Below, one piece after another: positions 10,949 through 22,790 of a DNA stretch of 64,000 nt; position 1 is the first letter of the stretch, and every line of letters starts with the position of its first letter. The notes under the pieces were generated by a model, which worked only from the letters and a program-made list of their open reading frames with translations, was not told where the DNA came from and made no database searches. Source of the stretch: Dicyema japonicum (Eukaryota > Animalia > Dicyemida); NCBI GenBank assembly GCA_011109175.1, contig RDEW01000087.1, positions 69,211-133,210 on the forward strand. Reading direction: 5' to 3'. The position numbers were made by a program, and so were the translations under genes.

Positions 10949-13543
10949 TCTTTAAATACAGTTTATTTGTATGATAGTAAAAAAGTTTTTGATTTTTTAA
11001 TATCGTTTTTATATTAAAAGTTGTTAAATTTTTGTTATGATCATTCAATAACGGTTCCATTTCGGGTCCATATAAAGGTTCCATTGATTCTGTTAGAGCC
11101 ATTCTTATTCGTTAGCATACGTTCTTTCACTCATATTCAAAGATCTGGCAAACTTCACGAATGTGTAGTCACTCGGCCATCCCAAGTGAGTACAATCAAG
11201 ACAATCTTGAACTCTGCGTGGTGTATCAAACTCCAACTCTTTGGAAAGAAACTTTTAGTTAGCAAAAGAAATGATTTCTACTTTTCATTTTTTTATTTAT
11301 ATTTTATTTCAATTTTATGGCTCATTAGTTTCAGTGAAAAAAAATGAGAAAAATAATGGTCCAGAGCAAGTGAATAGAATATAGAAACAGATACACCATT
11401 TTCAACAGGGTCCTGGGCCAATTGCTCATTGGGTACTTGTCGACGTCTTTGAATGTATAAGAGCTTCCTAACTCAGACTCTGTTATATCTTCATCGAATC
11501 ATCGATATTTGATTTATTTGTAATTTTTATCACATATTTTAATCTTTTCTTTTTATATTTTAAATTTTATTCTAATTTGAATTACTTAATTCAACCTTAT
11601 CAGTTTAATGTTATAAGATATAAATATCTCAATAATATGGCATTACCTAAATATTTTCGGATTTGCTACAAAGTAACCTTATATCTCGGTACTTTTCCTT
11701 TGGATTTAACATCTCTACTTTACTCCGGGATTTTACTTTTCTATTTTCCTTGGGGATTTAACCTATCTCTATTTTGTTTCTCTTGAGACAAAACTTATGG
11801 TTGTTAATGTTTTCAAGTGATAAATTTGTCTCTTCAACCCGGACAGTATCAACGCCCCGGGTTCTTATGAAATACGACAGTAATTATATAAGACATCGGC
11901 TGACATGTACTCCACGTGGTATTGTGGGTATGTTATGTGCTTTTACTATTATTTTCCCTCAAGTGTCATTGGTAGTAGATACCATCACCAACCTATCAGG
12001 AATCTCTACACTGGCGTGTGATTGTAGTTCTCTATTGAGTGTTGTTATTGTTTGTTTTATTTTCAGCACTGCCGAGAACACATAAAAAAGCAAAAGTCAA
12101 TTGTTGATAATGTAATTCTTATATATTAATTGCAGTCATCTATTAAGGATTTGTTTTGGCGGGAAATTAAATTTATTTGTTGTGGTGTTATTTTAGTATT
12201 GTTCTGTGTTGTCTCAGAGACAATTCACACCTAATTATCGTTTGCATCTAAACAACTTTCGGTTGATCAAAGAGTTCTTTTTTTCATTCTCTTTGAATCC
12301 TCGTTTATTATCGACCAAATTTTACATAGACCACGTGTACAATGAGTTGATGAAAAATATTGATATGATAATTAATAAGCTGTATAAGTTCAATGGTGAT
12401 TATGTATGTAAATGTTAGATGTACAAACTCACAAATTGATGTGTTATTTGTTGGGACCCCGACTTGATGATTATGAAGTGATTAATATGGTTTGGAGTTG
12501 ATTTAGATATGAAAAGACAGTGTGAACATCAAAAATTATTTCATTTAATATAAATGTCCTCTAAATTTCCACTAATATCTGATGTAATGAAGACTATTCC
12601 CCAGACATCACTTGACTTTGCACGTTTTATATATTTAAGGTTCACTACTCATTAATTTTAATAAATACTGGTTATTTGTAAGGAATTTGTAAGAATACCT
12701 TCATAGTCCTCTAAATTTGTGACTATGATCATGATAGTGACAAATAATTAAATAATCCGTTATATTAAGTAGTAACAATATGGATTATAACAATAAACGT
12801 CAATCATCAATAATCATTTTATAACTTAATATAAGGACTTGTCTTTCTTAAAAATAGTTAGTGAATAAAAAATTAAAAACCCACGATGATATTAGTTAAC
12901 TGTTAATTAAAGCTTTACACAAATTATAATGCTATCTTATTTTTGTATGTCTGTTCGATGCTATAATCGTTCATGTTTTGAAGGAAAATGTTCAATCTCA
13001 GAGACAGATTAATATAAATTATTGCAAAATGAATAATTGTTTAGGTACAATTTTTCGATTAAAAACAATATTACTTATTTTTGTGACAGGGAGACAAAGA
13101 ATCAATTTAGGATCTATAATTCATCCTTAGCTTATTTCCACCCATTTAAAAATGATTCAAATTGTCTTAGGACTTTGTTATATAAGACTTCTCAAATTGC
13201 GAGTAATTTGTTCCTTTAATGCGCAATCGTTATTCGAGAACAACAGGCTCAGGATCAATGTAGACTTCCATGGATACCTAGACTTCAGTGTTTTAAAAGA
13301 ACCCTAGAGAGTCTTACATTGAAGTATGAGAGAAATAGCCCGTAGATGGAAAAAAGGGTCAATTAGAAAATGGGCGGGGAAAGTTTTTAAATGTCAAATA
13401 GTAACTTTTTTGGTTGGTTTAATAGTGTCTCTAAATTCAGACATATTAATCCATCATTTGAGATTTTTTTAAGAAATTTTTATTAAATTAATAATAATTT
13501 AATAATTATAAAATAACCTAAATAAATAAATAATAACCTATAA

Positions 13544-14121
13544 ATGACCCTATCTCTATGTGGATGTGAATTATTAATTATTTTAATAAGTCATGTAATT
13601 CTATATCAATTGGTTTATACTAATTTCGACAATGATCATTCAAACTATGTTGAAGATGTATGTCCTCATTCATATTCAAAAAAATTAAATCCGATTACTT
13701 GGAGAGTACAAAACAAAACATAGTATTTTTTTGTTTAAAAACCAAATTAACCAATAGTGAAGGATATTTTGCATATTCCCAAGCAGTTTTTTATTTATAT
13801 ATTTTAGTAACAAGTTGCAGGAATAACACTATTGAAACAACAGTCTCTCCACATATTACTAGAACTGAAATTAAAAATGAGTCAACTCAAATGATAACTA
13901 CAAATATTACTACAACTGAAATTAATTCCAAGTCAATTCCAAAAATGATAATTCTAAATAATAATACTCCAATTAAAAGTAAGTCACCTAATCGAACAGT
14001 GATAATCGTCAGTATTATTATAATATTTATTATTATCATTGCTATTGCCATTGCTTATTACTACAAGAGGTTTAGGAACAGACCTGTCGAAATTAGTAGA
14101 TCAATATTACTTAAATTTTAA
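13544..14121 (+). pseudogene. Orphan membrane protein family, copy 2 (internal deletion of most of the ectodomain)
   Basis: MTLSLCGCELLIILISHVILYQLVYTNFD...PITWRVQNKT* jumps directly to the NISCL-like block, followed by the Thr-rich stalk, TM TVIIVSIIIIFIIIIAIAIAYYY and tail KRFRNRPVEISRSILLKF*. Confidence 0.8.
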
Positions 14122-14369
14122 TTTTAAAACTTTTCACGGACTCTATTTTGTTTTTCTCTTTGTTGGTTAGCTTATAACAATTATATTCACTATTAAACCA
14201 GTGATTTGAGGCAATAAAAACAATAAGTAAAGGTCGACAAAACCAGTCACTCAATTATGTAAGAAAAGCAGGCGCTAAATTAATTATTCACATGCAAATC
14301 ACAATGACACGATGATAGATAGTACCTAAAACTTCGATAAATGGTCATGTATAAAGTTAACATTCTGTC

Positions 14370-14612
14370 ACATTGGAAATTTTTGATTTTAAGAACGAGA
14401 CCGTCTTGGGCCCTAAGACTTTTGTTGTCTTGAAACCACCGAACTCCACGAGGAATGTCTTCATCACGTTGGGGAATTTGCTATCGTTCCATATGAGACC
14501 AGTCCAAAATGCAGTGGTGGCAAACGAAAGTGCATTTATAAACCTCAATTTGAGAGAGGAATGTCTTGGAAACCCGCACTCATCTACTCGACAGTAAATG
14601 ATAGCCATATAA
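14370..14612 (+). pseudogene. Orphan 'gene B' coding fragment downstream of the membrane gene, copy 1
   Basis: EIFDFKNETVLGPKTFVVLKPPNSTRNVFITLGNLLSFHMRPVQN... Against the 29.9 kb copy this frame shows several synonymous third-position changes (GTC/GTT, ATA/ATC, CCG/CCC, CAC/CAT, TCT/TCG). Confidence 0.55.
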
Positions 14613-14885
14613 ATTGATCAAATGTCCAAAACATAATTATGGCTCATTACTTAATATAAGAGCAAGAAAGAGCTATAAGACTAACCACACTACCTCATCA
14701 TCAGCAGGTTGCTAATTTCATTTATTTTAAATACAATTTTTTTGGCTGTTCGTCGTTACCTCAAAGGAGGATAGAATATGAACAGTCAAATATAATATAT
14801 TCAAAAGGAGTATTGAGAATATAATTAATCCAAGTTTTACTTTATGGAATATGTTTAATTATTATGGTTTATATTCGACTAAATG

Positions 14886-15130
14886 CTTATTATTATTAAG
14901 CACTTTCACATTGTAATGACAAAACATGTGCATATTGAAAAACTAGTTATCTTATTCCACGTTCATCTGTCATAAGCAATCTCTCATAGTCTATCACATC
15001 CTCTCATTATATCCGGCTTTTTCCGATCTTTTGAAGGTACCGTCAAGGCTATCTGGAGGGTGATGCTCGGTCGTTCAATGAATCGGGGTGCGTCAGGCGA
15101 ACTTTTCCATGGTTGTCTGCATGTTATTCA
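14886..15130 (-). mobile_element. RTE-clade LINE 3' end fragment
   Basis: Minus strand reads RPSITLQIAL...EIAYDR*TWNK and ends in the tail GTGAAAGTGCTTAATAATAATAA, also seen at ~32485, ~58910 and ~60140. Confidence 0.6.
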
Positions 15131-15134
15131 ACAT

Positions 15135-15348
15135 ATTTAAAATTTATAAAACCAATTATTTTAAGTGTACATAACAAAGCACTTTTAACTGCCAATATAA
15201 CAGTATCATTTATGAAGGATTATAAAGTTTGTAATTTTCTATTAACATTAGAATATGAAGTTTATGTTTAATAAGGAAAATTACAATCACAGTCATTGTG
15301 TTATGTCACAGAAGAGGCAAATATAGGTTATTCACTAACACTAATTAA
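15135..15348 (+). pseudogene. Orphan membrane protein family, copy 3 (short-tail subtype, large internal deletion)
   Basis: ALLTANITVSFMKDYK, a 25-nt intron, then NMKFMFNKEN fused directly to ITVIVLCHRRGKYRLFTNTN*; matches copy 6 at both ends. Confidence 0.7.
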
Positions 15349-15944
15349 TTGTATTAATATGGGGGTTTGGTTTATTTGATATTAATGATAATAAGTCTAT
15401 TAAATAATGTGATTAACCATTATTGATTAAAAAAAGTTCAATAATTTCATTTTTGAGTTAACACGTTAAATAAATTATTCTACTGGATGCAAGTTTTAGA
15501 GAATTTTTATTTTGGTTAAGCAGATTTAATAAGAATTGACTTGGCATTGATTGCATGATTGCTAATTCGAGTTTTTTGTGTTTTAATGACATATATAGTT
15601 GACCTATTATAAATATGTGATTTTGATCAGTAAAATTCTACCAACTACTAACTGTTTAGAACACGTGGAATTATAATCTACAAATCACCTTATAGGAGAT
15701 TTTTTGGCGAAAAGCGATAGCCCGACCATAGCTTATTAACTGTACATTGTATACTATTGAATTTGCACTTAACAAAGATTGTGTCCATCTTCGAAGAAGA
15801 CAATGTCAATTTCTTATTATGTTAGAGAATTGTTTGGTTCATCAATTCTACAAGCAAAAACTAACGAGAAATCATATTTTGTTAAAATTAAATAATTTAA
15901 AAGACATGATTTATCTTAATGGATACTCCATGTAGGATTTTTAT

Positions 15945-18350
15945 TTTATTAACCCCAAAATCACGAGAAAGATAATAAAATTTATCGTCTAATTAAGTGA
16001 TCCAGGTATCCATCTTAGTCCTTTTCATCCAGTCCTTTTCATGCGGTTTATCTACACAATGAGGAAGGTTTCTCTCATATCTTGGGCAGGCGTCCATATA
16101 TAGTCTGATGTCCGGCCCGAAAGGATTTTCAAGGGACTTTGCCATCTTAAGGAAGTTCTTATAACATTCCGTAAGGTATTCCATGATTGGGGGGATGTTT
16201 AGTATTCTCCGTAGCAACAAAGTGGACATCTTTTTCGACGATATTGAAGTATTCTGAGACATCGGTTTGTAAAACCTCCAGCTTGTTCTGTGCCGATAAT
16301 GATAAGCACAGGCATACTCGATACTAGGTAGAACAAATTGTTTGTATAGAAGCTCTAACGATGGGCGGCAAGATACTCGAGAGTGAGTGAAAGCCAAAGA
16401 CCCATCAGGTTTAGTAGATCTTGCATGGACCGTGTCGCCTTTTCGATTCTTCAATGTTTCACTGCGACCACAAGATCATTCGCATACGATAAAGAATTGT
16501 GTTTTTGGTGTTTGGGGATGGGAGGTCACTGAGGTTTTTCATCACATGGCCCATTCGATGTTGAAGTTAGCCAACAATAACTTGAATTTAGAATGGATCG
16601 ACGTCGAAAAATTTTTGCAGTAAGGCTCTTCCGGGATACAGAGTCAAAAGCCTGTTCTACATTCACTGAGACCAAGCACGGTCTCTCTTGTGGATTTGGG
16701 GTATTCAGGCTGTCCGAATTGAATTGAACCATGAGTTGTTGTTGAGTCTCGCGGAATCCGTGTAGAAAAAATGCTAGAGTTATGAAAGGACGGATCTTGA
16801 GAAGGACCAGATTTATAACACTCCTGATAAGTCGCAGATGATGGATACCAGGCGGTAGGAGGACAGGCAGTTTGGTGGTTTGTTTTTCTTCAGGATAGGG
16901 TGTATCAAAGATTTCTTCCATATTGACGGATCTTGTTCCCGTTAATTGAAAGGTTGAAAATTTATGTTATTGAGGCTGTCGCAAAAGGACCCAGGTGTTT
17001 CAGTTCGAGAATGGAGAAGTCATCTGAACCGCGGGACGAAGAGTTATTCATTTTCCTAATTACTAGTGCACCATTGAAGGGTCGAAGAAAGTCATGTTGG
17101 GGCATATATTCCGTCGACCATGACCTGAACGAACATCCAGGTCTTTTGAATATGGGTACTTCAAAATGTCACTAAAATTTGGACATGGCTCTCGATGTCC
17201 AATTAAATGCGGAGAGTTTCCTTATCGATTTCCATATTACAGTGGGGAAGCATTGTTCGTAACTTTTCAGAGAAAAGCTTTCCAACGTTCTTTGTTGTGT
17301 TTTGTGATGTTCCATGTTACTTCTTAATTCAGTATTGATATCTATTCAGTTACGTTCACTGATTGTCTTCCGAAATTCTTTAGCTTATTTCTCGTTTGGA
17401 TTAGATCTCGCGTTTCAGCATCAATTGGGTGTATGGACATTGAGGACGACCCATCAGAATGCATCTTTTGCGAGCTCGGAGTATAATTTCGTTGAGGTAT
17501 TTAACAACAGCGTCGATAGATCCGAAGTTATATCCGAAAGGCCTGAAGGTGTAGTTCGATAAAAAATAAAAGTTCACATTGGTTCTCGAAGTGTTCATTA
17601 ATTTATGTTTTTGTGGGATCCTCATGAAGATCTGGTTATGGTCGGTATGTAAGTCGTATATAACATTCCATGAAATGATAGCCACAAGAGAAAGGGAGGC
17701 AAAAAATGTCGGGTGAAGTAGGGGTCCCTCCGTAACTTCTAGAATCCAGTAGTAGTCATTTTAGTGAATTAGTGCAAAGGATGTAGTCAATCTGGTTGAA
17801 TATTGTTATAGACTGCCCATTAATCCCTTATCGTTAGTCCACCCAAGTCGTCTTTTGTTTAGGGGATGTTCAAAATTCGTATTAAACAGATATAGGTTAG
17901 TTGCTCTTCAGAAATCAACAATGGAGTCACGCAAAGATTTTTAAATCCCCTTCCATGAAATCTAAAGATCCTCACCATTCCTTTGTACCCCAGCCTTCGA
18001 TTAAATCACCACATATGATTGTTAGAGTAGAATGTCGCAGGTACAACATATATGCTCGGGATATATTCATATAAAATTTCTACAGTTCCGCAATGTTTAG
18101 TGATATTCTGCTAGTTTTGGGGCATGAACATTGATTATTGTCATCAATGATTTCTAGCTGGACGGGGATATCCGAATTTGGATTACAGCGATGAGGTCAT
18201 TGATGCTCCATACTTTTTGTAGACGAGCAGCCAAAAGTATACTGATTCCAAAACCAAGTCACAGTGCTCTACTTCAACCAATTAGTCTTAATAAAATCTT
18301 TGGAATGTGTGGTTTTGTTAGAATTAAAAGATAAAAATAGTGGACACATT
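15945..18350 (-). mobile_element. Degenerate I/Jockey-like LINE (APE + partial RT + 3' tail)
   Basis: APE motifs ICGD and LHTDH, RT motif VNVEQAFDSV, C-terminal LYKQFVLPSIEYAC, and a 3' GGGGTTAATAAATAAAA tail. Confidence 0.75.
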
Positions 18351-21349
18351 GGTTATCGGAGAAAGAGATTAAGTTCTCTAAGAAAAAAATGATTTTTATA
18401 TGTTGATTAACTACAATAATGATTATTATGATTTATTTAATTGAAATAAAATTATTTTATTAATGAAATACATTTCCTATACCAATTCTCATTTATTCTT
18501 TAAGGATTTCCCTGACTGAGTAGTTGTCAATGTGAGGCTCGACATGGAAAGCTAATGACACAAGTGGTGTCACAACCCAGCTATTTCCTATCCTTCGCAT
18601 TTTGTTTTTGTTCAAATTTGTTTTTAACCCTGTTCCATGCTGCTCAGTTGGAAATTCAGATAATGTGTCTATGTTGATCTAATTACAGTTTGATAGCCCT
18701 AATGGTATTGCCATAAGGTTCATGTGTGTCCTAATTTCACAGCGAATATCTCGGGAAGATCTTCCTGCGATCCGTGCGGGTAGTGTAAATCTGGCAAATG
18801 AGACCATTACCTGCGTTCAAAATAAAGACATGACACGCTATATAAATCATTTTAAAGGGGAAGTATTTGATTAATATTTAAAATGATTTATGAAAACACA
18901 CTCAAATTAATTAATTTTTAAGACCAAATCACCATTAAACCAAACTTAAATTATAACAAATGTTAATCCCTATTCTTTACTTTAAATCTGAAAGAAACAC
19001 AAAAAATTATCCTCCCTTTAGACTTTAATTTAATTTTAAATTCGATCACTACTCTCTAAAATATAAAAATATAATAACCCTCTCTGAAAGTATTACATAT
19101 TCATCTCGAAAAGTAAACGAATAATATTTTCCAGATCTCAGTGTGCATCCAAAACACTCAATTTCTCTATTCCAATTCAAATGTTCATGATTGATAAATG
19201 TAACTCCATATGTTCCTCTAAACCAATTGACGTTAAAATCTAATATGTATATCAAATTACTAGATTTGATCTTTAAATTCATGAAAAATTTATGTAGTGA
19301 ATTATTCGCTAATTTTTGAATGAAATAGACAGTCATTGTGCTATTACTACGTCCTAATATTGCTTAATTTTTAAGTACCACAATTGTTAAACCGAATTTT
19401 TCTTGAATCGACAATAAAGAATAAAATCCATGAAATTACAACATACATTTAATTTAAATTTTATTATAATTTATGTAAAATTTGGTTTGCCAATAAAAAA
19501 TAGAAATAGAATAAAACAACATATCAAAAAAATAGGAAGTTAGAAATTGTCTCCTGAACTGAAAAGTTCCAGGATGTTATAATTTCTTCTTTAAGATGTT
19601 TAAATCTTTCCATGATGTAATTTTCAATGAAATGGTGAAAGTTTTGAATATGGAATCTACTCCGGGGATCACCTACCTTGATCCGAAATTTAGTAATCCG
19701 GATTCTCCTAAAGATCTATGCCGATAAGATGTATTCTATCGCTCTAAAACTGATGACAAATTGTATTAATCAAAAACTTGTTAGTATATGGGCGAATTTA
19801 ATCAACTCAGTGAAACTCAATTGGCACAAGAAAGATGCCTAAGGAATAATCTCTCATTATTAAATCACTCAATATAGTAAATGAGAGTGGATTGTTTACC
19901 GCATGGGTGGATGTCAAAATCCGAAATCTGACGTAAATCTTCCTTTTTTGAATCCGGTATGTATAAAAAATATACTTTAGTTATCTCATCGATTTTATGT
20001 ATAATTATTTTCGCTAACACTTTCTGGAATTTTTTCATTAAAATAACTAATAATTTTTCAGTCTTTGTTTTGGCTTCAATTTGTTCTTTTATTAATAAGC
20101 GTATGTTATTTTATAGCGGCTTATGATGTTTGATGTCGGTCGTGAAGATAATACCGGATACTCTTGTAGTGTGATGCAAAAGTTCGCACAGTATGAATTG
20201 CATCTTCACAACCTCCGGAATGCCAATCAAAATCTGGGGTGGTTGCAGGTGTTAGATAAGCCAGAGAAGAACTGTACTGCACTCTAGTTACAACGCTAAG
20301 CGACGGAAAACGAAATCCACTGCAATGGCTCGGACTCCTCCTTTCTTTACGAAAGCCAGTAGTTTATTATTATTACTCCAGGATCACTTGGTCAAAGAGA
20401 AAGAAATAAAAGTTCTCAGCTAAGTGATCCCAGACTGACAAGGGAGAGGACAAGTCCAGCGGGGTCCAGAGTCCTGTGCTCCTTCTCTCATCGGACATGG
20501 AGTCAGCTCAATTTTTATATGTTTATAGATATTTTGTTAGTATATTAAACAGAGGGCAGCTCGGTAAAGTGATATGTGACTCACCTCTCTTGTGATGATA
20601 TTTTGAAAAAAGGAGTTTCCCCTTCCTTATCTTGACGAGAGGAAAGACTAAAAGGACTTTTTACTCCGTTTGGGGATATTCCTGGTCAGCTCAAACTCAA
20701 GCCAGTAATTGGGCAGATTTAACTAAATTTAAATTTATTGAACAAGAAAAACAACGTCATGAAAAAATTCAAGTGGTCTAGGCCTCTTTCAACAGTCGCA
20801 TGCTTGGACTTTCATCTGACATCTTGATTGCACGTTTGTGTTCAATCGCCTTTCCATAGTTTTCTTTTCAAAACGATAATTGTATATATAGTTGTTTCCT
20901 CTATATTTTATCCATATTGAAGCAGTCAGAGACAACTGCTCTTAGGTTGAATAATCTTCACTTGAGAGTCGTTAATGCTGTTAATTACTAGATTAATTTG
21001 TTGTCAAGAATCACTCCCCAAATATCCTTGGATAAACCTCCTGGTTAAAAAGGATGACCTATACAAAGACGAACTGTAAGAGACTATACATATTAGACCT
21101 TGGCATTTTGCCTGATATTTCTCTGTTATATCTCATTTTTATTAGTATTCTCTCGTTTAAACTTAATTTTAATAAATCAAATGGGTCTTCCATATTTGAT
21201 ATTTGCTCCAGTTTAACAGATATTGTTATTTTTAAATTATTAATTTTAATTTAATTAATTTATTGAATTAAATTTTTGCATAATGGTTGAGGTTGGTGAC
21301 GCATCTCAAATTGCACTAATGTCTTTTCACTATTTTCAAACTCTCTGTT

Positions 21350-22790
21350 CACGTCGTCGATCAAAAAGAGGTCACTCTGCAAGGATCTGAAACGATACTG
21401 CAAGAGACGAAAGTTAAAGAAGGACTTAACGAACAAATTGCTGACCACGACCTTATCTTGCTTCTTTGGACTGTCACTACTACGGAATGGGCTTTGCGGT
21501 GGATATCAGACTCCGGGAATATACAAAAAGAATATGGAAAGTGAATGCCAGAATTTGCGTAATTCAATTGGAAACTGGATTTAACTCTACAATTATAAAT
21601 GTATATGCACCTACATCTCCAAAAGTATCTGAAAACCCTACGGAACTGTATGACTTTTACAGTTCACTATACACAACCCTTATGGAAATATCCACGAGCT
21701 ACCAACTTTACATAAGTGGAGATGGAACGCGAAGGTCGAAAAAGGAGCCCGAGAACTGAGCTTCATAGGTACCCATGTGAGAGATCGGAGGAACATGTCT
21801 GGAGCAACTATGGCCAACTTCGCGATTAATAAACAATTATTCAATTTCAACACGCTGTAAGCCATACCACGACCTGGACTGGAGAACGCCGAGACTCAGA
21901 TATACATGTAATCAAAATATATAACCAAATTGACTACATTCTGTGTCGACGATCACAGAAATCCCTATTCTCAGATGCCCGAACATATGGAGAAACGCTA
22001 ACATCGAGTGACCATAAACTATTGGTAATCAAACTTCTAAAAAAAAAGATTTTGGATTAACACAGTCAAAAACAGACACGGAGAAGTTAGATATGCAGTC
22101 GAACTCTTAGGAAGCAATCTTTTCCACAGAAATAACTATTCAGTAAAAATGTCACAAACCATAGAACCGATCAATCTCAATCTACCTGCTGAAAGTTTAT
22201 GGAATAAACTCGTAAGCAAAATAAAATCAGTGGCTAATCACACGATTGGGACAATTCCCAAAACCTTCAAAGGAATACACGACCCACATATAGATCACCT
22301 CTCCCATTTAAAAAAGGATCTACGTATCAAATGCATGAACACTCCAACAAAGTGAGAGCAGCTGAGTTCAAAATACAAAGAAACAAAATTATGCGAGAAA
22401 TCATGAACAAATGTCAGATAAACCACGAAACAGAGCTACAAAATCTTGCAAATGACGTAGAAAAGTACAAACACGAAGCGCAAATGTATGCATCTGTAGT
22501 AAAGATGCTAGTGCGAAAGAAGAAATCTAACAGTTCATGATGAACTCGGAAGAACCATTTACAACAACCAGGAACGCACAGACAGCATACCTGATCACTT
22601 CGAAAAATTTTTCAATTTTAAAAATGAAGAAACGCTTTATCTGTTTGATGGAGTCCCCAGAAAGCTATCACCAGAAATAACTTTAACAGAAGTTAAAAAG
22701 GCTGTGACCAGACTAAACAACACAAAAGTTCCAAGCCCAGATAATGTTAATGCAGAGCTTATAAAATACGCTCCTGAAGAGTTACAAAAA
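21350..22790 (+). mobile_element. RTE-clade LINE fragment (APE to start of RT), decayed
   Basis: GMGFAV...ARICVIQL...IINVYAPTS, SDHKLLV and KVPSPDNVNAELIKY; truncated at the Merlin TIR. Confidence 0.75.

Larger units (their letters stand above)
8929..11879 (+). mobile_element. Ginger/TDD-like DNA transposon (retroviral-type integrase, TIRs, 5-bp TSD)
   Basis: Termini are TGTCGTAT...ATACGACA. Imperfect ~112-bp TIRs at 8929-9040 and 11768-11879 include a perfect 30-bp core (9011-9040 vs 11768-11797). TSD GTAAT at 8924-8928 and 11880-11884. There is a single integrase gene and no RT/RNase H. Confidence 0.85.

Noticed and set aside
14357-14608. Minus-strand ORFs MAIIYCRVDECG... (also 29853-30086)
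   Set aside because: Between-copy substitutions are synonymous in the plus frame, so these are antisense shadows of gene B.
20780-20960. Possible Penelope GIY-YIG remnant (AIEHKRAIK)
   Set aside because: The GIY and YIG motifs are not found, so the evidence is too weak.
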